The notes under the pieces are model-generated. The model had not been told where the DNA came from. It did no database searches and saw nothing but the letters and a program-made list of their open reading frames with translations. Source: Pyrodictium delaneyi (GTDB lineage Archaea; Thermoproteota; Thermoprotei_A; Sulfolobales; Pyrodictiaceae). Taken from it: 32,000 nucleotides of DNA. The DNA lies in NCBI RefSeq assembly GCF_001412615.1, contig NZ_CP013011.1, positions 1,500,001-1,532,000 on the forward strand, written 5' to 3'. This document shows positions 1 through 7,238 of the stretch, in pieces. The first letter of the stretch is position 1; each line of letters begins with the position of its first letter. Position numbers and translations under genes: made by a program.

Positions 1-9
1 CTATACACT

Positions 10-1347
10 ATGGTGCCTAGATTGCCTGAAAAGTTCGACATCATATACCACGAATTCGTAGACGAAAACTACAAGCCGAGTGGAACTGACCTAATCGTCG
101 TCTTTCGCGTCACGCCAGCCAAGGGCATCTCTATATATGATGCTGCTGGCCGCGTCGCAGCCGAGAGCAGTGTAGGTACGTGGACCACACTGAGCGTAAA
201 GCCCAGCTTATTTGAAAAACTGAAGGCAAAGGCTTATCGACTCCACGATCTAGGCGATGGTAGCTGGCTTGTATGGGTAGCCTATCCCTTGGAGCTGTTC
301 GAAGAGGGAAGTATCCCCAATCTAGCCAGCAGTGTGCTCGGCAACATATTTGGCATGAAAGCAATTGAAGGGCTCCGTGTAGAAGACATAGTGTTTCCAC
401 GGGAGTATATCGAGTGGTTCCCCGGACCACAGCACGGTGTTACTGGTGTAAGAGAGATACTCAAGATACGCGATCGCCCCATCCTGGCTACTGTACCTAA
501 GCCCAAGCTAGGCTATACGCCAGAAGAGTATGGTAAAATTGCCTACGAGATACTAGTAGGCGGCGTCGACCTAGTAAAGGATGACGAGAATTTCGCGGGA
601 CAGAAGTTCTGTAGGTTCGAAGCTAGGCTCCGCGAGGTAATGAAGGCCATCGATAAAGCGGAGAAGGAGACAGGGGAGAGGAAAGGTTACCTCGCAAACG
701 TGACAGCTAACATAAAGGAGATGGAAAAGAGGATCAAGCTTGTCGCGGACTATGGTAACCAGTTCATAATGATAGACTTCCTTACCGTTGGCTGGGCTGC
801 CCTACATCATGCCCGAGAACTAGCTGAGGAGTACAAGCTCGCCATCCATGGCCATCGGGCGTTCCACGCCGCCTTCACCCGTAACCCCCGCCACGGTGTC
901 TCAATGTTCGTCATCGCTAAGCTCGGCCGCCTAGCTGGACTAGATCACCTCCATATAGGGACACCCAGCGTAGGAAAGATGGATGCAAAAACTATGGAGG
1001 TCATCGATTACGCCCGGCTGCTTCGGGAGCCGGTATTCAAACCACGAGAGGACGACATAATCCACATGGAGCAGGACTGGGCTGGGCTCAAGCCAGTACT
1101 TCCTGTCTCCAGCGGAGGACTACACCCCGGCAACTTGCAGCCCGTAATAGAGAAGCTCGGTGCAGATGTTCTACTTCAAGTCGGCGGTGGCGTAATAGGC
1201 CATCCTGACGGCCCTAGGGCAGGCGCGGCAGCTGTAAGACAAGCGATAGACGCTATATTGAGGGGAATCCCGCTAGACGAGTACGCAAAGGAGCACCGGG
1301 AGCTGGCCCGGGCGCTTGAAAAGTGGGGCCACGTTAGACCGGTCTAG
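10..1347 (+). CDS. rbcL: Ribulose-1,5-bisphosphate carboxylase/oxygenase large subunit, archaeal form III
   Basis: 445 aa, full length. The N-terminus KFDIIYHEFVD..YKPSGTDLIVVFRVTP is typical of form III. Active-site motifs are present: PKPKLG, VKDDENF (carbamylated-Lys region), GHRAFH and GGGVIGHPDG. No small-subunit gene follows. Confidence 0.93.
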   Translation: MVPRLPEKFDIIYHEFVDENYKPSGTDLIVVFRVTPAKGISIYDAAGRVAAESSVGTWTTLSVKPSLFEKLKAKAYRLHDLGDGSWLVWVAYPLELFEEGSIPNLASSVLGNIFGMKAIEGLRVEDIVFPREYIEWFPGPQHGVTGVREILKIRDRPILATVPKPKLGYTPEEYGKIAYEILVGGVDLVKDDENFAGQKFCRFEARLREVMKAIDKAEKETGERKGYLANVTANIKEMEKRIKLVADYGNQFIMIDFLTVGWAALHHARELAEEYKLAIHGHRAFHAAFTRNPRHGVSMFVIAKLGRLAGLDHLHIGTPSVGKMDAKTMEVIDYARLLREPVFKPREDDIIHMEQDWAGLKPVLPVSSGGLHPGNLQPVIEKLGADVLLQVGGGVIGHPDGPRAGAAAVRQAIDAILRGIPLDEYAKEHRELARALEKWGHVRPV

Positions 1348-1438
1348 CCTTACAGCGCCTACCGGTGTACCGTGTTCTCTCTAGCGAATACGATTTCTAG
1401 GGGTTTTCCACCTCTAGCCCCTCTCCTAGGGTATCGTT

Positions 1439-3898
1439 ATGCATCGCGTGCTCCTAGCTGTAGTCTTTATCCTCCTCTTGCCTAGTTACGCTGCACCCGC
1501 TCTCGCCCATGACAGTGCTGTAGTAGTTGAGGCTATCGTCGGCGAGGACGGCTGGGCGTTCATACATGCCCGGCTGCCGCCAGGAGAGTACCAGATAGTG
1601 GCTGTCGAGGGCTGGAAGCCTAGGCCCGTCAACCCGAAGCCACTACTCCTCAGCTTTACCCCGGATCCGGGGTTCTGGGAGAAGCTTAGAGGATTAGCAG
1701 TCGCTGCAACGTCTACAGTCTATGAGCCCAGAGTAGAACTCCTCGGCACGCCTAACGGTATAGAACTCTACGCGTGGGCTCCAGGCGAGCCTGGCTCCCG
1801 GGTTAGGGTGGTTCTTGAGAGGTTGGAAGCCGGAACGACCACTAGCGAGAAGAAAGGCATGCTCATAATCGTTCCTAATAACACGCTGGTGCTGAGCTAT
1901 GCAGAGAAGATAACTGAGCTGCATCACAGCCAAGGTCTAGACGTGGAGATAGTTACTACGGACGAGATCAGGAGGAGCTACAAGCCCGCAGATGAGCCAG
2001 AAGGGCTCTGTAAGCCTGGCAAGACCGGGCCCGAGTACGACGTTGACCTAGCCCGCCGCATCGTCTCCATGCTCCGCGAGGCCTACAGAGAGGGTGTACG
2101 ATACGTCCTCATAATAGGTGGTGCTAAGGACGTGCCACCGTTCTACTACTGTAGTCCAATCCTCTACGAGCTGGTAAACCCTGAAGAAGCTGCTGTTCCA
2201 ACAGACTACTTCTACGCCGACCCCGACTATGATGGACTCGTGGAATTAGCCGTAGGCCGTATACCCTTCAGTGACCCGGTAAAGCTCAGCACCTACGTCT
2301 CGGCATTAGAGAGCTGGATGAAGGGCGGGACCTGGCAGGAGAAAGCACTACTCGCCGGTGGAGCACCCTTCGCCACCAGCCTGCTAGTAGGCGAGGACGC
2401 TGTCATTAAGGCTATCATGAATATTGCTAGTCTAGATCTAGAGGTTGACACGCTACTTCTAACCATGGGCAACTACGCGGGAACACGCTTTACAAGCTAC
2501 ATAGGCGATTACGGGCTATACTACCTGGTGACGCACGGCGCTGGCAACGCGCTTCTAGACTACGTGCCGGGCGGGCTCTGGAACTACGACTTTGAGGAGA
2601 AGCTCCGTAGCATCGAGGTGCCGTACACTACACAGCCTGGAGTTTACCTCAGCCCTGCCTGCCGCGCCGGGTTCTGGGACTATGACCTAGTAGACCCCCC
2701 GTTCAAGCCCCCTAGCGTAGCAGTGTCGCTGCTGGAGCGAGGCGCTGCTGTAGCCTATCTCGGCTTCTCCCGCATAGCGATAGAGGTTATTGACGGGGTT
2801 ACTGCTGTCGATGGCAATGTTTACGCAAGCCTCGCTGCCGCTGACGCGGTGCTGATACTCTTCACGAAGAGTCTAGGCTCCGCGGAGACACTCGGCGATG
2901 CGTGGCTCTCAGCCCTCAACGCCTACTCGGTCATGCCCGCGAGTAGCTACCGCGCCTACCTGGTGAGGGGTCAGGAGGACATAGGCGAGCTAGTACTCCG
3001 CGAGGCTATATTCCTCGGCGACCCAGCAGCACCAAACCCATGGCGTAGGGTTACAATCACATCTACCGTAGAGCCGCCAGAGCTTGTACCCCCGCCAGGC
3101 AGCATAGATATAGGTGCATCTGTACTAGCTATGCCGCTAGCCCGTTACGCATCTGGTACTCTGCCCGCGTTTAACCCTGGTAATGCAACAACCATAACCA
3201 TAGACTTCGATGGCGTCTGCCCAGAGAAGGTCTATGCATGGTCGCTTTATCGAGTCTATGGCTACTATATGATAGGGCTTGAGCGTCTCTACGCTACTAT
3301 CGAGCAGAGCGGGGGCTGTACAGTCACGATAACACTGCCACAAGACTCGCCCGGCCTCATAAGGCTCCTAGCTCGCTGGGGCAATAACTACCTCACAACG
3401 TACTACATAATAGCTGCTGGAGCCTACCTCGATACAAGCACCGGGACGCTGGTAATAAGAGGACTTGATGTACTCGAAACCGTGGGTGACGAACCAATAC
3501 TGTTAACCGTCAACGGTGCAACAGCCTCCACTATACCTGGTGGTTCTACAAGCTACACCGTACCCTTACAAGCAATAGCACCATTGATGCCAGATAATAA
3601 TGCCATTGTATCGGTTACCCCTGTCTACCGGTTCGACAAAATATACGGTGGTAAATTCGTCGAAAACGAGCTGGAGAAGCTAGCTAAGCTCTTCACGGTC
3701 ACCGTACCCGCCGAGGATGCGGTAATTCTGCCCCCATTCTCTGTACAGTTCGCGGAGGGCAATACATCTTGCCCAACTCCAGCTGCCGGGAAAAAGCCGC
3801 TAACTGTTGGTGCCGACATCGTGGCATTCTTCGCTGCTATTGGACTGGTAGCAGCCCTAGCCATGGCTAAACGCCGCAGCTCTCCAGCTAGTCTCTAG
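1439..3898 (+). CDS. Secreted, C-terminally membrane-anchored protein with a peptidase C25 (gingipain)-like domain
   Basis: 819 aa. N-terminal signal peptide MHRVLLAVVFILLLPSYAAPALA. C25-like blocks: YVLIIGGAKDVPPFYY, PTDYFYADPDYDG..AVGRIPF, candidate catalytic His in YYLVTHGAGN and candidate Cys in YLSPACRAGFWD. C-terminal TM helix VAFFAAIGLVAALAMA followed by KRRSS. Confidence 0.55.
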   Translation: MHRVLLAVVFILLLPSYAAPALAHDSAVVVEAIVGEDGWAFIHARLPPGEYQIVAVEGWKPRPVNPKPLLLSFTPDPGFWEKLRGLAVAATSTVYEPRVELLGTPNGIELYAWAPGEPGSRVRVVLERLEAGTTTSEKKGMLIIVPNNTLVLSYAEKITELHHSQGLDVEIVTTDEIRRSYKPADEPEGLCKPGKTGPEYDVDLARRIVSMLREAYREGVRYVLIIGGAKDVPPFYYCSPILYELVNPEEAAVPTDYFYADPDYDGLVELAVGRIPFSDPVKLSTYVSALESWMKGGTWQEKALLAGGAPFATSLLVGEDAVIKAIMNIASLDLEVDTLLLTMGNYAGTRFTSYIGDYGLYYLVTHGAGNALLDYVPGGLWNYDFEEKLRSIEVPYTTQPGVYLSPACRAGFWDYDLVDPPFKPPSVAVSLLERGAAVAYLGFSRIAIEVIDGVTAVDGNVYASLAAADAVLILFTKSLGSAETLGDAWLSALNAYSVMPASSYRAYLVRGQEDIGELVLREAIFLGDPAAPNPWRRVTITSTVEPPELVPPPGSIDIGASVLAMPLARYASGTLPAFNPGNATTITIDFDGVCPEKVYAWSLYRVYGYYMIGLERLYATIEQSGGCTVTITLPQDSPGLIRLLARWGNNYLTTYYIIAAGAYLDTSTGTLVIRGLDVLETVGDEPILLTVNGATASTIPGGSTSYTVPLQAIAPLMPDNNAIVSVTPVYRFDKIYGGKFVENELEKLAKLFTVTVPAEDAVILPPFSVQFAEGNTSCPTPAAGKKPLTVGADIVAFFAAIGLVAALAMAKRRSSPASL

Positions 3899-3901
3899 AA
3901 G

Positions 3902-3909
3902 TTTGTTTT
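3902..3909 (+). terminator. Oligo-T tract (TTTGTTTT) immediately after the stop codon of the 819-aa gene; candidate archaeal terminator
   Basis: T-rich run 4 nt after the stop at 3898, followed by a 330-nt non-coding gap. Confidence 0.3.
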
Positions 3910-4232
3910 CGCACTAGGGCTATGACCCTACCGGTGAGACCACGACATCACTAATTATTTTATCACACGAATAATGTAGAGCTGAAAGGTACGAAACTAG
4001 GAAATCCTTGTAGAGACACTTATAGTCAGTATGAACGCAACCTGGTAGCGTAATCAAGGCAATCCTAGGCAAGAGCAAGTAACTATACATCATGACACTG
4101 CTAAAAGCGCTGCAGCAAGGCTTCTAATCTCTACTGTCTATTGATACGAAGAGGCTAGAGCTGAGCTTTAGAAATCTCCCAAGATGATGCCAAGTGCTAG
4201 GTGGAGAGATAGGCAGGGAGGCGTGACCCCGG

Positions 4233-4988
4233 TTGGACACAAACAGCTATGAGGCTCTAGTAGAGCTTCTACCTCAGCGAATATGCGGCCTAGCAGTAGA
4301 TATCGACGGGACTATTACCGAGAGAAGACAGAGAGGAGACTTTCGTTTAAGCCTTGAAGCTGTAGAGGCATTGCGTGCACTAGAAGATGCGGGAATACGG
4401 GTTATGCTTGTGACCGGTAACTCCGTAATGGTGACTGCTGGCGTTGCCCGGTACATAGGCGTAAAGGGGCCTCACGTCTCAGAGAACGGGTGCCTAGTTT
4501 ACCGCCGTGGCTCCTTCACTAGCGCGTGCCGGGGCACAGCCCGGGCTGCCGCCAGAGTCCTCGAGGAGGAAATGAGCGGTATAATCGAGCCAAGCTGGCA
4601 GAATCGCTGCAGGTTTCATGATTATGCGTTTACAGTTCGTCGAGGCTCAGTGGAGGAAGTGATACAGGAAGCGGAGAAGCTACTACGGGAGAGAGGACAC
4701 CAGGTAAAGTTAAGCCATAGTGGTTATGCTATACACGTAAGACCGTTAGAGGCGAGCAAGGGACTTGGACTCAGCTTGGCGCTGCGCTATGCCGGGCTTA
4801 ACCCTGACTGTGTCATCGCCATAGGCGACTCGGTGATCGACCTGGAAATGCGTGAAGCTGGTGTACTACTAGCCGCCGTGGGGAATGCCGACCCCCTGTT
4901 GCGTAAAAGAGCCGACATAGTAGTACCGGGCGAGAGCGGCAAAAGTGTAGCATTATTAGCTAAGATCATAGTGGAGAAGTATAAGTGA
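4233..4988 (+). CDS. HAD-superfamily (Cof/IIB-type) phosphatase, archaeal phosphoglycolate-phosphatase-like
   Basis: 251 aa. HAD motif I VDIDGTIT, motif II VTGNS, motif IV GDSVIDLEM. Size and layout resemble archaeal PGP-type enzymes. The ORF starts at TTG with no in-frame ATG nearby, so the start is uncertain. Confidence 0.65.
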   Translation: MDTNSYEALVELLPQRICGLAVDIDGTITERRQRGDFRLSLEAVEALRALEDAGIRVMLVTGNSVMVTAGVARYIGVKGPHVSENGCLVYRRGSFTSACRGTARAAARVLEEEMSGIIEPSWQNRCRFHDYAFTVRRGSVEEVIQEAEKLLRERGHQVKLSHSGYAIHVRPLEASKGLGLSLALRYAGLNPDCVIAIGDSVIDLEMREAGVLLAAVGNADPLLRKRADIVVPGESGKSVALLAKIIVEKYK

Positions 4989-5008
4989 GACCCATGTTCT
5001 AATACACT

Positions 5009-5536
5009 ATGCGGCTGAGGAACATGGCGCTTATACTTCTCCTACTTATAGTAGTTTTGGCGCTCCTTGGAGCTGTACCGCCTCCCTTTAGGCTAGCATT
5101 GTTATCTGCGAGTATAGCTATTTCACTATTCCTTATAACTGCCTTTCCCTCTTTCATCCACTACCCAGAAGTAACACTAGAGTCTACTACATGCCAATTA
5201 GATGCTGTACATATTTCTGCTAAGCTGGAACCAGTAACTAACCAGCTCGTTCTAGTAGCTCATATCCAGCCGCCAAATCCTTGCTACGTAGTTAAGGTCG
5301 AATCTCTACAGGTAACCAATATAGAAGAAACTAGCAATCAAGTAATCATAGCTGCTGAACTCCGTCTAAGAATCGAGAAGCCCCCACCTGGCACTGTTTG
5401 CATACAAGTACTTCCAACACCTATCAAGAGTGAACTACTTCTTACTAGGGTTGAATCAAGTAAACACTACGTGGTTATTTTGAACGCTAAAAGCGATAGC
5501 AGAGAGTGTAGGCTAGAGCTAAGCTATAATAGCTAA
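5009..5536 (+). CDS. Hypothetical membrane protein (two N-terminal TM helices plus a beta-rich domain with four Cys)
   Basis: 175 aa. Hydrophobic segments ALILLLLIVVLALLGAV and ISLFLITAFPSF. Four spaced Cys in the C-terminal domain. No recognisable family. GC is lower than in neighbouring genes. Confidence 0.45.
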   Translation: MRLRNMALILLLLIVVLALLGAVPPPFRLALLSASIAISLFLITAFPSFIHYPEVTLESTTCQLDAVHISAKLEPVTNQLVLVAHIQPPNPCYVVKVESLQVTNIEETSNQVIIAAELRLRIEKPPPGTVCIQVLPTPIKSELLLTRVESSKHYVVILNAKSDSRECRLELSYNS

Positions 5537-5742
5537 ATCATATACAGAACTATATAACGCTCATGTGAGAGTATTGAACGTAGGGTGCTTATCTACTAAA
5601 TTGATTTAGGTGTTGCAGGTATTTCCTAGTAGTCAAACAAGCATGTATGCTTCAACTCCGCTAATCACTTGATACATTGCATCTGAGCCTCCACGACTAT
5701 GCCTCATTCTTACGTAGCTAGGCCCGTGCAGCAGCATGCTTC

Positions 5743-5749
5743 TTTAAAT
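5743..5749 (+). promoter_or_regulatory. TATA-like box (TTTAAAT) upstream of ribK
   Basis: TTTAAAT lies 56-62 nt upstream of the ATG at 5805 and overlaps the ORF-track ATG at 5748. This argues that 5748 is not the true start. A GGGAGAG SD-like element lies at 5793-5799. Confidence 0.35.
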
Positions 5750-5804
5750 GTTGTCCTTAGTCGTGTCGGCATCCGGGATAACGAAACACGCCGGGAGAGC
5801 TGAC

Positions 5805-6245
5805 ATGCAAGCGAGGATTATCAAGGGCCGACGTGTAAAGGGTTTTGGCGTCGGTGCTTATTACATATCGCATCCCTATTATAGTGGATGGTTCAGTAAG
5901 TTACTGAGTTGCAAACCATTTCCAGGAACCCTAAATATTGAGACGGACATTGATTGGCGTGAACTAGCCGGGCTATGCGAGCCAATAGTAGTGCCAGAGA
6001 CGGAATGGGAAGGCAAACATCTCGGCGCAGTATATGTCTGGAGAGCCAAAGTGGAGACAAACCAGGGAACCGCAGATGTACTCGTTATACGCCCATTGTT
6101 AAGCAGTCACGAGCCTTCAGTGCTTGAGATCGTGGCATGTGAGAGACTATCCACACTACTCAAAGGAGATACAATCCGTGTAGAAGTCCTTTGCAGAGGC
6201 GGAGACAATGAAAGTAGGCCTAATACTAGCAGGGGGCGAGGGTAG
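5805..6245 (+). CDS. ribK: CTP-dependent riboflavin kinase (archaeal RibK, MJ0056 family)
   Basis: The ORF track gives 5748..6245. I prefer the ATG at 5805 ([17 protein letters not shown]...), which gives 146 aa, close to known archaeal RibK length as I recall it. The diagnostic block is PFPGTLNIE, plus GAYYIS..Y and a C-terminal beta-barrel-like region. Confidence 0.75.
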   Translation: MQARIIKGRRVKGFGVGAYYISHPYYSGWFSKLLSCKPFPGTLNIETDIDWRELAGLCEPIVVPETEWEGKHLGAVYVWRAKVETNQGTADVLVIRPLLSSHEPSVLEIVACERLSTLLKGDTIRVEVLCRGGDNESRPNTSRGRG

Positions 6246-6993
6246 ACGTTTTGGCGGAGACAAGCTCATCGCTTTAACTGACGGTAGGCCCGCAATTGCA
6301 CGGATTAGTGATGTTCTTCAAGCAGCTGGCGCAGAGCTTGTATATGTTGCAACACGGGAAGAGCAACGCTGTAAGATATACACGGATATCGCTAATTTAG
6401 ATGGCTGCATATATGACCCAGACTGGCTTGCATGTGGAGGACCAGCAGCTGCCTTAACGGGATTAGAGTCCCTTCAAGCCCGTGTACTACTAGTAACTCC
6501 AGGAGATATGCCATGGATAACACCAGACGTATTGATTAGACTAGAGGCCTTTATGGAACAGACCAAGGCCGAGGCTGCACTACCAATGCATAGTGGCGGT
6601 TTTCTTGAGACACTAGTAGCCACAATACGTTGGAGCCTTGTGGAAAGATTACCGAAGATACTTGTTCAGCTTTGCAATTTACGAGGAGAACTGAGAGCTA
6701 GTGATCCTTATCGAGCTTCAACGAGACTTACACTTGTTGGCTCGGGACTCCTTACATGGAATCCGATAGTATTTTCCCACATTAATACCCGCGAGCGCCT
6801 ACAAACCCGTGAACCAAAGAATAACCTTGGACCGAAAGACATACTGATTACGGAGCCCCATTTAGATCCATTTGCGCCAAGAGACCAACTATGTCTTAGG
6901 CTAGCACGAGAAAGAAACGAATATCACAAGCTTGGGATAATTCACTTGGAAAGACAGGCATGGAAGGACTTTCTTATGCTTTGTAAACAGTGA
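6208..6993 (+). CDS. mobA: Molybdenum cofactor guanylyltransferase (MobA) with a C-terminal extension
   Basis: N-terminal [20 protein letters not shown] matches the LAGGxxxRxGxDK nucleotide-binding signature. PGDMPWI matches the MobA DxP-type block. It overlaps ribK by 38 nt. At 261 aa it is about 60 aa longer than typical MobA. Confidence 0.75.
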   Translation: MKVGLILAGGEGRRFGGDKLIALTDGRPAIARISDVLQAAGAELVYVATREEQRCKIYTDIANLDGCIYDPDWLACGGPAAALTGLESLQARVLLVTPGDMPWITPDVLIRLEAFMEQTKAEAALPMHSGGFLETLVATIRWSLVERLPKILVQLCNLRGELRASDPYRASTRLTLVGSGLLTWNPIVFSHINTRERLQTREPKNNLGPKDILITEPHLDPFAPRDQLCLRLARERNEYHKLGIIHLERQAWKDFLMLCKQ

Positions 6994-7035
6994 GTTATAA
7001 CTTTATACGCTATGACACATCAGCTACTTAATAGT

Positions 7036-7099
7036 ATATTGTACAGTTATTATTAACAATATTATATAATTCGAAATATTGTAAAAAGTATAGTATTGT
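7036..7099. repeat. Phased ATATTGT motif array: direct 7036-7042, inverted 7056-7062, direct 7076-7082, variant GTATTGT 7093-7099
   Basis: Read directly from the sequence. The first three copies start exactly 20 bp apart and form ATATTGT-N13-ACAATAT-N13-ATATTGT. Confidence 0.5.
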
Positions 7100-7194
7100 C
7101 TATTATTCATAAATTTATCCTTATCACCATTAATCTATTTGAACACGCGTTATCGAGCAACCATAATTTTATCTAGCTATAGATTAATAAATAA

Positions 7195-7219
7195 TCATGA
7201 TAATTTTTAATTATGATGA
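7195..7219. promoter_or_regulatory. Imperfect palindrome TCATGATAATT-TTT-AATTATGATGA just upstream of the fdnG SD
   Basis: 11-nt arms with one mismatch, separated by TTT, ending 6 nt before GGAGG. It could be an operator or an mRNA-leader hairpin. Confidence 0.35.
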
Positions 7220-7238
7220 ATGATGGAGGCTCTGCCGA

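Larger units (their letters stand above)
6994..7238. promoter_or_regulatory. AT-rich (about 20-30% GC by hand count) control region upstream of the formate dehydrogenase operon
   Basis: Hand counts give 18% GC for 7021-7080, 20% for 7081-7140 and 30% for 7141-7200, against about 55% in the flanks. It contains multiple TATA-like runs, phased ATATTGT repeats, a near-palindrome, and GGAGG (7225-7229) 10 nt before the ATG at 7239. Confidence 0.6.

Noticed and set aside
3899-4232. 334-nt non-coding gap examined for a tRNA, a C/D-box sRNA (GATGATGC near 4183-4190) or another structured RNA.
   Set aside because: GC is only moderate, whereas structured RNAs of hyperthermophiles are usually very GC-rich. 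There is no cloverleaf-compatible stems. The C-box-like element is imperfect and has no downstream CTGA D box at a suitable distance. Only tiny ORFs of 11 codons or fewer are present.
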